From NCBI GenBank assembly GCA_035371305.1, contig DAOOWN010000002.1:9908-73907 (forward strand): DNA of 64,000 bases, read 5' to 3'. Origin of the DNA: Bacteroidales bacterium (lineage in GTDB: Bacteria > Bacteroidota > Bacteroidia > Bacteroidales > GWA2-32-17). A model generated the notes under the pieces. The model made no database searches, was not told the origin of the DNA, and saw only the letters and a list, made by a program, of their open reading frames with translations. Numbering within the stretch: the stretch's first letter is position 1; each line of letters begins with the position of its first letter. The translations under genes and the position numbers were made by a program. Of this stretch, positions 1 to 9,096 are shown one piece after another.

Positions 1-1062
1 CTTTACACATCGCCGCATTTAAAAGATTTCAGAGAACGTATTAAAATAAATGGCATTCAAATAAGCGAAGACGAAGTCATTGACTTCATTCAAAAACATA
101 AAAATATCATTGAATCCGTTCAACCATCTTTTTTCGAAATTACAACGTTTTTGGCATTTGAATATTTTAAACAGCAACATGTAGATATTGCCATTATCGA
201 AACAGGCTTAGGTGGCAGGCTCGACACTACAAATTTAATACAACCCATTCTTAGCATTATCACCAATATTGGTTGGGATCATGCCGATTTATTAGGAAAT
301 TCACTCGAATCTATAGCTAACGAGAAAGCCGGAATTATCAAAAAAAATGCACCACTCATCATTGGTGAACATCAAGTTGAAATCGATGAAATTTTTATAG
401 ATAAAGCAGATCAAGTAGATTCACCTTTTTATTTTGCTGACGATGAATATGCGGTAAAAAATGCTTTTATTACACAAAATTATTTATTGCAGGTTGAGGT
501 GTACAAAAAGGGCTTTCCCTATCTTCCGGGTTTAAAATTTCAACTTATAGGGAAATATCAAATCCAAAACATTCCAATCATATTAAAAGCTACAGATATT
601 TTAAAAGAACAAGGATTTACAATTTCAGACCAAAATATTTTTAGGGCATTTAAATCGGTTGTAGATTTAACAGGCTTACATGGACGTTGGCATATATTAA
701 AATCGAAACCGTTAACCATTTGTGATATTGGTCATAATTATCCCGGTTTAAAGTGGAACATAGAACAATTAAAAGAAGCTAAAAAAAATAAATTATTTTT
801 TGTATTGGGATTTGTAAAAGACAAAGATATCAGCAAAATATTAGGTTTATTTCCGGTTGATGCATATTACATATTTACTAAAGCCAATATTCCAAGAGCA
901 TTGGATGCACATGAACTTCACTCTATTGCTTCTACATTTGGGTTGAAGGGCGAAGTTGTTGAAAATGTAAAAGAAGCCTACCATAAAGCCTTAAGCTTAG
1001 CCAGCGAACAAGATGTAGTTTACATTGGTGGTAGTACGTTTGTCGTTGCCGAAGTTGTATAA
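1..1062 (+). CDS. folC: Folylpolyglutamate synthase / dihydrofolate synthase (FolC), 5-prime end outside window
   Basis: Frame 1 is open from nt 1 (LYTSPHLKDFRERIKINGIQ...) into the listed ORF. Mur-ligase-type motifs IIETGLGGRLDTTN and ITNIGWDHADLLG are present, with a C-terminal ...VVYIGGSTFVVAE. Confidence 0.85.
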   Translation, partial: LYTSPHLKDFRERIKINGIQISEDEVIDFIQKHKNIIESVQPSFFEITTFLAFEYFKQQHVDIAIIETGLGGRLDTTNLIQPILSIITNIGWDHADLLGNSLESIANEKAGIIKKNAPLIIGEHQVEIDEIFIDKADQVDSPFYFADDEYAVKNAFITQNYLLQVEVYKKGFPYLPGLKFQLIGKYQIQNIPIILKATDILKEQGFTISDQNIFRAFKSVVDLTGLHGRWHILKSKPLTICDIGHNYPGLKWNIEQLKEAKKNKLFFVLGFVKDKDISKILGLFPVDAYYIFTKANIPRALDAHELHSIASTFGLKGEVVENVKEAYHKALSLASEQDVVYIGGSTFVVAEVV

Positions 1063-1078
1063 ACAAATTCCATAAAAA

Positions 1079-1102
1079 AAGCCCCACTTTAACGAGGGGC
1101 TT
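1079..1102. terminator. Hairpin between convergent folC and the GIN-domain gene; the U-tract is better on the minus strand
   Basis: AAGCCCC-N10-GGGGCTT stem, preceded by A7 on the plus strand (T7 after the hairpin on the minus strand). Confidence 0.55.
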
Positions 1103-1120
1103 AATATAAAGAATGTCTAA

Positions 1121-1852
1121 CTATTCAACAGAACTGCTTATATCTGTTTTTATTTTTTTAACTTTCGGATTCCCATATATATTTACCTTGCTACCCGACA
1201 AAGCATGAACGGTTAAAGAATCTTTTACCAATACATCAACAGACGATCCACTTTCAGCCACAAAGTTGCCATTAAACAATTCGAAATGATCCATTTTTAC
1301 ATTGCTACCATTCATAGACTTAATTGAAGCATTTAATGCACTTCCCACCAAAATCAAACTGCTGCCGTTATCGGAAAAAATATCAGCAAATTGACCGTTG
1401 AATTTTATTTTTGCATCAGCACCGTTATTAATTTTCATTTTAAGCAAATTACCTTTCAATGTATCATCAGCCAACAGAACAGCTCCCTCATTTAATTGTA
1501 TTTCCATAATATCGGGACTATAAAGCACAAATACCATTTTCTTTTTTCGAAAAACATTTGGTGCTTTAATATTCAGCGTTTCGTTTTGTACAGTTAAAAC
1601 AATATCTTTTTTAAAAATACTATCCAGGGATAAATCAACAAAAGCACTATCGCTCTTTTTCCAATGTACAGTAACACTTCCCGAAATACTTATGGCTTTA
1701 AATGTTTTTAGTGGTTGCTTTATAGATATCATTTTTCCGCTTTCAAAAACAATCTTATTCTTGAATTCACTACTAAAAACGATAACAGCAATAAGTGATA
1801 AAATAAATTGAAGTGAAACGGTTATGATTAATAACTTTAAACTGGTTTTCAT
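1121..1852 (-). CDS. Membrane-anchored GIN / DUF2807-like (putative adhesin-head beta-helix) protein
   Basis: N-terminal TM helix (LLIITVSLQFILSLIAVIVF), then repetitive G/S/N-rich beta-strand units (GSSVDVLV, GSKVNIYG). Start is 2 nt after the GntR stop. Confidence 0.55.
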   Translation of the reverse strand: MKTSLKLLIITVSLQFILSLIAVIVFSSEFKNKIVFESGKMISIKQPLKTFKAISISGSVTVHWKKSDSAFVDLSLDSIFKKDIVLTVQNETLNIKAPNVFRKKKMVFVLYSPDIMEIQLNEGAVLLADDTLKGNLLKMKINNGADAKIKFNGQFADIFSDNGSSLILVGSALNASIKSMNGSNVKMDHFELFNGNFVAESGSSVDVLVKDSLTVHALSGSKVNIYGNPKVKKIKTDISSSVE

Positions 1853-1853
1853 A

Positions 1854-2228
1854 TTATTTTAAATTTAATTGGTTCATAAACAACTGATAAAATTTTTCTA
1901 ATTCATTAAAAGATATACCCAAAATATTCATTTGTTTAAAAAACTGGGGCATATCTGTTTGGGTAAACTTTGCTCGCAAATAAGTTTTAGCTTTTTCTTG
2001 ACCATCGCTTGCTACAAAATAGCCAATGCCACGCTTATTGTATATAATTCCTTCACTTTGAAGCATATCGTACGAACGGAGCACCGTATTCGGATTTACT
2101 TCCAACTGAACCGACAACTCACGTACCGAAGGAATGCGTTCATCCTGAGGCCATTTTGCCGAAACAATGTAAGCACAAATTTCATCTACGATTTGCAAAT
2201 AAATGGCTTGATTGCTGTCGAATTGCAT
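1854..2228 (-). CDS. GntR-family transcriptional regulator, short YtrA-like type
   Basis: Winged-HTH motif IPSVRELSVQLEVNPNTVLRSYDMLQSEGIIYNKRGIGYFV. Only 124 aa with a short C-terminal helix, as in the YtrA subfamily. Confidence 0.85.
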   Translation of the reverse strand: MQFDSNQAIYLQIVDEICAYIVSAKWPQDERIPSVRELSVQLEVNPNTVLRSYDMLQSEGIIYNKRGIGYFVASDGQEKAKTYLRAKFTQTDMPQFFKQMNILGISFNELEKFYQLFMNQLNLK

Positions 2229-2230
2229 AA

Positions 2231-3001
2231 TTAACCTTCCCTTTCTTTTAATTTAAAATATGCTGTAATTAAACACATGATCGAAATCAAGATTAAAAAG
2301 CTTTTTAATACCCATATAGCAGTATGGCTTAATTCATCGGCATTGCTTATCGGTACTCCGCTTATCACAAATTCTTTCTCGCTTAAATCGCTAATTGGCA
2401 TTAACAACCTTGCCCAAATAAAAACCCAAAAATTATGTACCATACTTATAACAAATAAAACAAGTAATGTTTTAAAGAATGCCATCTTCTTAAACCATAC
2501 TCCACCCAAAAAGAACACGGAATGAACTATAAAAAGAACCATAAAAATAATCCCTAATTCATTCCATGGAATAGAAACCAATGCCGGTGAAGTACCATAA
2601 GCAGCAAAAGCCAGCAACGAGATAAACAGGTATGACATCTGATATAAAATGTACGACACTATACTATACGACGGAAATGTAAAAAGCCATCCCGTAAGGT
2701 ATTTTTCAAAATTGGAAGCAGGCAGGGTAAGAAATGATACAGAAGTTGTGGGTTCCTGCAATTCTTTAAATGCTAAAGAAGTAAAAACCATACCTGTTAT
2801 TAAAAAAGTGATAAACAATGAAGTTTTTAATGATTGTAATGCTGCTTCTGGATTTGAACCTGCAAATAATATCAGCATACTTATGGCAAGGTTAATTCCG
2901 ACAGAAGCTATCATAGCAATTCTCCACGATTTAGCCGACAAAGCCCATTGACGTCTAAACAAGGATTGCATTCGTTTTAAGTTGAAAAATTCTGTTTTCA
3001 T
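2231..3001 (-). CDS. Polytopic membrane protein, likely permease partner of the adjacent ABC ATPase
   Basis: About 6 hydrophobic segments. I prefer the ATG at 3001 (MKTEFFNLKR...), 4 nt after the ATPase stop, to the listed start at 3037, which overlaps the ATPase by 32 nt. Confidence 0.55.
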   Translation of the reverse strand: MKTEFFNLKRMQSLFRRQWALSAKSWRIAMIASVGINLAISMLILFAGSNPEAALQSLKTSLFITFLITGMVFTSLAFKELQEPTTSVSFLTLPASNFEKYLTGWLFTFPSYSIVSYILYQMSYLFISLLAFAAYGTSPALVSIPWNELGIIFMVLFIVHSVFFLGGVWFKKMAFFKTLLVLFVISMVHNFWVFIWARLLMPISDLSEKEFVISGVPISNADELSHTAIWVLKSFLILISIMCLITAYFKLKEREG

Positions 3002-3005
3002 ATTT

Positions 3006-3836
3006 CTAGTTTTTAAACGCGTTATTAATTTTCTCATAATCGCTGATTACAGCATTAAATAAAAGTTCAAAATCTGTTTCCAGATCCTTTTCTGTTTCTT
3101 TTGAGCAAATTGCTTTTATCCCTCCAAATTGTTCTTCAGAATAAAGGACGGTTTCGTCTGTTTTTTCCTTAACTGTAAAATGAAGTTTTTTGGATATTTC
3201 GTCCATTTCGTGTGCAAAACGAATTGTTCCGTTGTCCAGCACTATTACATAATCAATAAGGCTTGCCAAATCGCGAACCTGATGTGTAGAGATCACAATG
3301 CACGAATCATCATGAATCTGCTGAGCCAGGAGTTTTCTAAATTGGCTTTTGGATGGAATATCCAGACCATTGGTCGGTTCGTCCATTAAAATGAGCGAAG
3401 CATTGGTAGCCAGTGAAAAAGCAACAATAAACTTTTTCTGCTGCCCATACGAAATCTGGTTTAGCTTCATGGAAGCATCCAGATCGAATTCCTTAAGACA
3501 ATGTGCAAATTTATTTGCATCCATCTTAGGATAAAAAGGAGCATGGATGTCGAAAAATTTCTGAACGGTAACCGGGGGCAAACTGAACGTTTCGGGAATG
3601 ACATATAAGTCCTGCAAAAGACTTACCGGACGTTCTTTAAACGATTGGCCGTTGAATTCGACACTTCCCTCTTTGGGCATCAATACTCCCGACAAATGTT
3701 TCAGGAGCGTGGTTTTACCAGCACCATTAACACCAAAAAGACCGTAAATGTGGCCTTTTTTTAATTCCAGGTTCAGATTATCGAACAATAATCTCTTTTT
3801 GGAATAACCGAATTTTAATTCATTTACTTTTATCAT
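3006..3836 (-). CDS. ABC transporter ATP-binding protein
   Basis: Walker A GVNGAGKTTLLK, signature-like ISYGQQKK, Walker B LILMDEPTNGLD, H-loop ISTHQ. Confidence 0.9.
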   Translation of the reverse strand: MIKVNELKFGYSKKRLLFDNLNLELKKGHIYGLFGVNGAGKTTLLKHLSGVLMPKEGSVEFNGQSFKERPVSLLQDLYVIPETFSLPPVTVQKFFDIHAPFYPKMDANKFAHCLKEFDLDASMKLNQISYGQQKKFIVAFSLATNASLILMDEPTNGLDIPSKSQFRKLLAQQIHDDSCIVISTHQVRDLASLIDYVIVLDNGTIRFAHEMDEISKKLHFTVKEKTDETVLYSEEQFGGIKAICSKETEKDLETDFELLFNAVISDYEKINNAFKN

Positions 3837-3851
3837 ACGCTTTTAGTTTTA

Positions 3852-3885
3852 TAGTGTTCTACTTTACTATTACACTACAAAAGTA
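3852..3885 (-). promoter_or_regulatory. Putative -7 box (TACTTTTG on minus strand, 3878-3885) followed by inverted repeat TAGTGT-N14-ACACTA (3852-3877): candidate GntR operator
   Basis: Read on the minus strand: TGTTATACTTTTG TAGTGTAATAGTAAAGTAGAACACTA TAAAACTAAAAGCGT ATG. The GT..AC palindrome is typical of GntR-family sites. Confidence 0.35.
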
Positions 3886-4139
3886 TAACAAGTTTTTTTA
3901 ACCACCAAATATTTTTTGATAAAAAATGAAAATATTTTTCTTTATATTGATATACTGATAGTTATAAAATATTTCGTTATTGTATTTTGATACTTTAGAC
4001 TTTTTTCAACATTATAACTACGTATTCATAAAGAATAATCACTTTTTACTTTACATCCTTTGTTATTATCAGAGGTTAATAAAATTTAAATGAATTTAAC
4101 TTTATGACCTACATCATTCCTATTTAATAATAAAATGTT

Positions 4140-4147
4140 TATCTTTG
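4140..4147 (+). promoter_or_regulatory. Bacteroidota-type -7 promoter box TATCTTTG
   Basis: Exact TAnnTTTG match 31 nt upstream of the ATG at 4178. The ORF-track TTG start (4145) is part of this box. Confidence 0.4.
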
Positions 4148-4177
4148 AAAATTAGAAACATTATTAATAACAGTGTT

Positions 4178-5005
4178 ATGAAAACGATTCTTGTTCCTAT
4201 AGATTTTTCGGCAGATTCAATCAATGCGTTAGAGCATGCCATTATAATTGCCAATAAGGTTGAAGCTTCTATTCGCCTTATTCATGTGGTAAAATCAAAG
4301 AATTTTGAAGCACCTTTTGTAATTAACGAATTCACATCTACACTGAGCAACAGTATAGACGATTTCATGAAACGCATACTCGAAAAGTATGAAAAGAAAG
4401 TAAAGGGCGGAATGGATTTCAAAATCCGTGAAGGCAAAATTTATCGCGAAATATGCAACCAGGCAAAATACGATGATGCCTATTTGATAATAATGGGTAC
4501 ACATGGCGTCAGCGGCTTCGAAGAAAAAGTGATCGGTTCCAATGCATACCGCGTAGTAGTAAATGCTCCATGCCCCATAATTACAATCCGTCAAAAATAC
4601 AGCCCAATTACACCTAAGAAAATCGTTCTTCCCATTGACATGTCAAAAGACACACGCAAAAAAATTCCATTCGTAACCGAATATGCACTAATGTTTGGTG
4701 CCGAAATTCACATACTTGGAGTTTCAGATGTAAACTCTACTGACATCAAGAAAAAACTTACGCTGTATAGCAATCAGATAGAAGAATACCTTACCGAAAA
4801 GAAAATAAAAGTAAAAAAAGAAATTATAATGAATAAAGACATCACTGAGTCTATTATTCAATATGCCGAAAAAAATGATGCAAACCTCATAGCCATTATG
4901 ACCGAACAAGTAGATCGCATTGCTTTTTGGTTAGGACCTGCTGCCCAAGAAATTGTAAACCATTCTACGGTTCCGGTAATGAGTTTCTCATCGTTAATTT
5001 TTTAA
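4178..5005 (+). CDS. Universal stress protein, tandem Usp domains
   Basis: Two UspA-like halves: ILVPIDFS...IIMGTHGVSGFEEKVIGSNAYRVVVNAPCPIITI and IVLPIDMS...FWLGPAAQEIVNHSTVPVMSF. ATG at 4178 preferred over TTG at 4145. Confidence 0.85.
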   Translation: MKTILVPIDFSADSINALEHAIIIANKVEASIRLIHVVKSKNFEAPFVINEFTSTLSNSIDDFMKRILEKYEKKVKGGMDFKIREGKIYREICNQAKYDDAYLIIMGTHGVSGFEEKVIGSNAYRVVVNAPCPIITIRQKYSPITPKKIVLPIDMSKDTRKKIPFVTEYALMFGAEIHILGVSDVNSTDIKKKLTLYSNQIEEYLTEKKIKVKKEIIMNKDITESIIQYAEKNDANLIAIMTEQVDRIAFWLGPAAQEIVNHSTVPVMSFSSLIF

Positions 5006-5021
5006 TTTCACCACTTTAGAC

Positions 5022-5456
5022 ATGAGCAAATTTTTTATATACATCTTTGCTTTTTTAGCAATTAAAGGCTATTCACAATCACCCATTTTTAATTCACTTA
5101 ATAGCAATCAATTAGGATGGGGCAAGTTTACACTCATATCCGGTATTCAATCTGACAATATTATATCTAAACACATCAACATCAATCAAAAAGCAAAGGG
5201 AATGCCCGGATACCGCATTCAGGTTTTTTTTTCGTCTGGTACCGAAGCAAAAAATCAAGCTACTAAATTAAAAAATGAATTACGCAATTCGTATCCCCAA
5301 CACGAAGTATATATTATATACGAAGAACCATTTTTTAAACTCAGAATAGGCGATTTTAGAACCAAAATAGAAGCATACAAGCTTTTCAAAACTATTCAAG
5401 CTACATACCCATCAGCCTTCATAGTAGAAGATTTAATTTCTTTTCCTAATTTATAA
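5022..5456 (+). CDS. SPOR domain-containing secreted protein
   Basis: Signal peptide, then a C-terminal SPOR-like unit GYRIQVFFSSGTEAKNQATKLKNEL...FFKLRIGDFRTKIEAYKLFKTI. Confidence 0.65.
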   Translation: MSKFFIYIFAFLAIKGYSQSPIFNSLNSNQLGWGKFTLISGIQSDNIISKHININQKAKGMPGYRIQVFFSSGTEAKNQATKLKNELRNSYPQHEVYIIYEEPFFKLRIGDFRTKIEAYKLFKTIQATYPSAFIVEDLISFPNL

Positions 5457-5463
5457 TTTTAGA

Positions 5464-6303
5464 ATGAACGATATACATAAAATTATGGAAATCAAAGCTA
5501 AAAGTTTTGAAATCCGTAAGAGTATTATTAAAATGTTAACTGAAGCCGGTTCGGGACATTTAGGCGGTTCGCTGGGATTAGCCGATATTTTTGCAACATT
5601 GTACTTTAACGAGTTAAACCATCAACCAACCAATCCTGAATGGAACGAACGCGATAGGGTCATTCTATCAATAGGTCATGTTGCACCGGTTTTATATGCA
5701 ACATTGGCACATGCAGGTTATTTTCCCATCGAAGAGCTTTCTACCCTCAGAAAGTTAGGTTCGCGTTTACAGGGGCATCCCGGAAAAGATAAAGGGCTGC
5801 CCGGAATAGAAATATCATCCGGAAGCTTAGGTCAAGGGCTTTCGGTCTCTGTAGGAATAGCTCTTGCGCTTAAAAGCGAGAACAAAGATCAACGAGTTTT
5901 TTGCATTTGTGGCGATGGCGAATTACAAGAAGGATCGATATGGGAAGCTGCCATGTCGGCTGCTCATTATGGTTTAGACAACCTTATTTGCATTGTTGAC
6001 CGAAATGGTGTTCAGATTGATGGCCCGACCTCACACGTAATGGAATTGGAACCTCTTTCGTTAAAATGGGCTGCATTTGGCTGGCATGTAATTACTTGCA
6101 ACGGCAATTACATTCCCGATATTTTAAACGCTTTTGACGAAGCTCGCTCTATAGTTGGAATGCCCAAAGTAATCTTAGCACAAACCGTTATGGGGAAAGG
6201 TGTAGCATCAATCGAAAACGATTATCATTGGCATGGCAAAGCACCAAACCAAGAAGAAGCTCAGAAATTTTTACTCGAACTCGAAAACAGAACTACACTA
6301 TGA
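5464..6303 (+). CDS. Transketolase, N-terminal (TPP-binding) subunit
   Basis: GSGHLGGSLGLADI, SIGHVAPVLYA, GDGELQEGSIWEA (TPP motif). Split-transketolase arrangement with the next gene. Confidence 0.9.
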   Translation: MNDIHKIMEIKAKSFEIRKSIIKMLTEAGSGHLGGSLGLADIFATLYFNELNHQPTNPEWNERDRVILSIGHVAPVLYATLAHAGYFPIEELSTLRKLGSRLQGHPGKDKGLPGIEISSGSLGQGLSVSVGIALALKSENKDQRVFCICGDGELQEGSIWEAAMSAAHYGLDNLICIVDRNGVQIDGPTSHVMELEPLSLKWAAFGWHVITCNGNYIPDILNAFDEARSIVGMPKVILAQTVMGKGVASIENDYHWHGKAPNQEEAQKFLLELENRTTL

Positions 6304-7250
6304 TAGAAAGCAGAGGACTCATTTCAACCCGTGAGGGATTCAGCATCGGCTTACTTCGAGCCGGCGTAAAATATCCAACTATAGTAGGCATTGGAAGCGA
6401 TATTACCGCCTCTGTTGGTATGGATAAATTTGCTAAGGCTTATCCCGACAGATTTTATTCTTTAGGAATTGCCGAGCAAAACGCTATTAGTGTTGCAGCC
6501 GGTATGGCTATGACAGGGAAAATTCCTTTTGTAGCTTCGTATGCCACATTTATAGCAATGCGTACGCTCGACCAAATAAGAGTTTCGGTATGCTACAACC
6601 ATTTGAATGTAAAAATTGGCGGAGCACATGCCGGTATTTCGGTGGGACCGGATGGAGCGACACATCAAGCATTAGAAGATATTGCAGCACTGCGAGCTTT
6701 ACCTAATATGACCGTACTCTCACCGGCAGATGCAACTCAAACAGAAAAAGCAGTATATGCAGCTATTGAGCAAGTTCAAGGACCAGTGTATATTCGCTAT
6801 GGACGCGAAGCAATGCCGGATTTCACATCTAAAGATGCAGATTTCATAGTGGGGAAATCGCAAGTTTTAGCTGATGGAACAGATTGTGTTATTTATGCTA
6901 CCGGTCATTTGGTTTGGGAAGCATTAACCGCAAGCGAAATGCTTAAAAAGAAAGGCATTCATTGTTGCATAGTAAATCTATACTCTATTAAACCTATTGA
7001 TAAACAAATCATTGAACAAACTGCCCGCATGTGCAAATGTGCCGTAACAGCCGAAGAACACCAAATAATTGGAGGTTTATATGGTGCCGTTACTGAAATA
7101 TTAGCTCAACATACTCCAATACCGGTATTCCCGGTTGGTATGAATAATTGTTTCGGTGAATCGGGAAAACCACTCGAACTTATGGCAAAATATCACATGA
7201 ATGCCAATGCAATAATAGAAGCGGTTGAAAAAGTTATACATTTAAAATAA
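6300..7250 (+). CDS. Transketolase, C-terminal (pyrimidine-binding) subunit
   Basis: FYSLGIAEQNAISVAAGMA, GATHQALEDIAALRALPNM. The ATG at 6300 overlaps the upstream stop (ATGA); the listed start at 6228 would overlap the upstream gene by 76 nt. Confidence 0.9.
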   Translation: MIESRGLISTREGFSIGLLRAGVKYPTIVGIGSDITASVGMDKFAKAYPDRFYSLGIAEQNAISVAAGMAMTGKIPFVASYATFIAMRTLDQIRVSVCYNHLNVKIGGAHAGISVGPDGATHQALEDIAALRALPNMTVLSPADATQTEKAVYAAIEQVQGPVYIRYGREAMPDFTSKDADFIVGKSQVLADGTDCVIYATGHLVWEALTASEMLKKKGIHCCIVNLYSIKPIDKQIIEQTARMCKCAVTAEEHQIIGGLYGAVTEILAQHTPIPVFPVGMNNCFGESGKPLELMAKYHMNANAIIEAVEKVIHLK

Positions 7251-7342
7251 ATAAAGAGTTTCATTATAACACACACGTCTTTAACAAATTTTGTGTTGGA
7301 CATACCATAATTAATTCGCATTTTTACAAAAAATAAAAATAC

Positions 7343-8014
7343 TTGGTGACGCACAGCAATAAAATATATTACACATACTTTTTTATTTGGGCTATTCTCA
7401 TATCTTTTATCACAAAAGCATATTCTCAAGAAAAAAAAATTATTCAAATAAGAGGACTCATTACTAATACACAAAATGATGTATTAAGTTATGCATTTAT
7501 CTATGACCAATTGGCTAAAAAAGGTTATTTGGCAAATGACAAAGGTGAGTTTAATATTTTTGTAGAACGTGGCAGTGAATTAACTTTCAGTCACATTGGC
7601 CACAAAAAAGCCGGTTACACCATACCGTTAATAGGGAATTCTGAAATTTTCTTTTTAAGGATAAAATTAAGTTCCGATACCGTATTTTTAAAAGAAATCA
7701 CTATTTTTCCATGGAAAACATACCAGCAATTTATTCAAGCATTTATTAATACACAAATTCCGAATGATGATATAACCAGAGCCGAAAAAAATATAGAAAT
7801 CATGAAAAGTCAATTGGCAACGATGGAAGATGATGACTATTTTCAATCGGCATCCGTAGCTTATAAAATTAATCAACAACGCATGGCAAGCGACTTGTAT
7901 TGGAAAGGGCAAACTCAACCAATGCAGATATTCAATATTATGGCTTGGCAAGAATTTATCAAATACATTCGTGAAGGGAAATTTAAAAACCCAAACAAAC
8001 GGAAAACCAATTAA
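7343..8014 (+). CDS. Secreted hypothetical protein with carboxypeptidase-regulatory-like N-terminal domain
   Basis: Signal-like N-terminus, then IRGLITNTQNDVLSYAFIY...NDKGEFNIFVERGSELTFSHIGH, resembling CarboxypepD_reg-like folds. No in-frame ATG near the 5-prime end, so the start (TTG or GTG) is uncertain. Confidence 0.45.
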   Translation: MVTHSNKIYYTYFFIWAILISFITKAYSQEKKIIQIRGLITNTQNDVLSYAFIYDQLAKKGYLANDKGEFNIFVERGSELTFSHIGHKKAGYTIPLIGNSEIFFLRIKLSSDTVFLKEITIFPWKTYQQFIQAFINTQIPNDDITRAEKNIEIMKSQLATMEDDDYFQSASVAYKINQQRMASDLYWKGQTQPMQIFNIMAWQEFIKYIREGKFKNPNKRKTN

Positions 8015-9096
8015 AATACCGGTATGCTTTGATTAGCTTTAACTGTATCTTTTTTGATATAAGGAATTTGTAGTGCCTGTCCCTCTTTATAGATAGCTTT
8101 CATTTCCAATTGGCCATTGGGTTTCCACAAAGTAACTTCGCCATCGTATTTGCCAAACTTATAACTTATCATACTTTGAAGTTGACCGTTTTCGTACCAT
8201 GTTTTAGAAACCCCATGTTCCTGACCATCCACATAAAACTCCTCGCTTTGCTTTTGTCCATTAGGATAATAAGTAACCCACGTCCCCTGCTCCATACCAT
8301 TTTTAATATAACCTTTTCGTTTTTCTTTTCCGTTTTCGTACCAAAAAACCCATAAACCATCTTCGTATCCTTCATTGTAATTTCCTTGTGATTCGGGTTT
8401 ACCATTTTCGTACCATGTTTGAAATTTTCCTTTTGGCAATCCCTCTTCGTAAACCATTTTCTTTTGCATCGTTCCATTTTCGTACCACGAAACCCACATG
8501 CCATGTTCTCTATCTTCTTTATATTTTCCTTTTTGTTTTACTGTGCCGTTTTCGTACCAGGTTATCCATTCCCCGTGTTTTAACCCTTCTTTAAAAAACT
8601 TTTGTTCTTTTTTCTTTCCGTTTTCAAAAAAAGTTAATTGCTCTCCATTGGGTTTGTCTTCTTTGTAATACGCTATCTGCTTTAAATGTTTATTTTCATA
8701 CCACTCTCTTTGTAATCCTTCGCGTTTGCCTTTTTCATAGTTTTCTTCGACCAGCGTATCGCCATTGGAATCAAAAATAAGTTGGCGTCCATCTCTTATT
8801 CCATTCAAATAACGCATTTCAGCCACCTTTTTACCGGCATTTTCATAAACATATGAAATACCATGCAATTTTCCTTCTTTGTAAAAAAACACTTTCTTGA
8901 TGTTATCTTCGTTTTTCTCGCATTCACCGGTATATACAATGTTTCTACCATCTTTCATTAAACCATTATCTTCGTGAAGTTCGGAGCAATCGCACTGACG
9001 AGTACAAGAAAAAAATAATAAACTTGAATTTGCAATTATTAATAATATTAAAAGCGAAATTCTCATTAGAAAATTTTTATTTTTATACGAAATCAT
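8011..9096 (-). CDS. MORN-repeat-variant (YwqK-type) lipoprotein
   Basis: Lipobox LLFFSC, then about 12 tandem ~23-aa units G.W..WYENG..K..G.Y..G. The start ATG at 9096 overlaps the dacB stop (ATGA); an alternative ATG is at 9066. Confidence 0.75.
   Translation of the reverse strand: MISYKNKNFLMRISLLILLIIANSSLLFFSCTRQCDCSELHEDNGLMKDGRNIVYTGECEKNEDNIKKVFFYKEGKLHGISYVYENAGKKVAEMRYLNGIRDGRQLIFDSNGDTLVEENYEKGKREGLQREWYENKHLKQIAYYKEDKPNGEQLTFFENGKKKEQKFFKEGLKHGEWITWYENGTVKQKGKYKEDREHGMWVSWYENGTMQKKMVYEEGLPKGKFQTWYENGKPESQGNYNEGYEDGLWVFWYENGKEKRKGYIKNGMEQGTWVTYYPNGQKQSEEFYVDGQEHGVSKTWYENGQLQSMISYKFGKYDGEVTLWKPNGQLEMKAIYKEGQALQIPYIKKDTVKANQSIPVF
8079..8919 (-). repeat. Tandem ~69-nt coding repeats (MORN-variant units) inside the CDS
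   Basis: Recurrent ttttcgtaccatgttt / ttttcgtaccacga strings on the plus strand. They generate spurious same- and opposite-strand ORFs (8110-8594). Confidence 0.7.

Noticed and set aside
3837-4139. Unusually long (~340 nt) AT-rich intergenic region between the ABC operon and usp as a possible sRNA or small-protein locus
   Set aside because: Only ORFs of 10 codons or fewer are present. I found no convincing hairpin or terminator beyond the operator-like palindrome already reported. It is consistent with two divergent promoters.
6228-6299. Extended start of the transketolase C-terminal subunit, overlapping the N-terminal subunit by 76 nt
   Set aside because: The ATG at 6300 gives the ATGA stop/start overlap. 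The extension (MAWQSTKPRRSSEIF...) is just the alternate frame of the upstream gene.
8110-8594. Cluster of ORFs (8110-8355 +, 8169-8504 -, 8388-8594 +) with repetitive translations such as GTKM...FGTKTE
   Set aside because: All of them lie within the MORN-repeat gene. The periodic DNA repeat keeps alternative frames open. The in-frame WYENG repeat protein with its lipobox is clearly the real product.
8011-9096. The 'YwqK family antitoxin' label, implying a toxin-antitoxin system
   Set aside because: There is no adjacent toxin-like gene. The protein has a lipoprotein signal and is coupled to dacB. The antitoxin name is an annotation carry-over for MORN-variant repeats.
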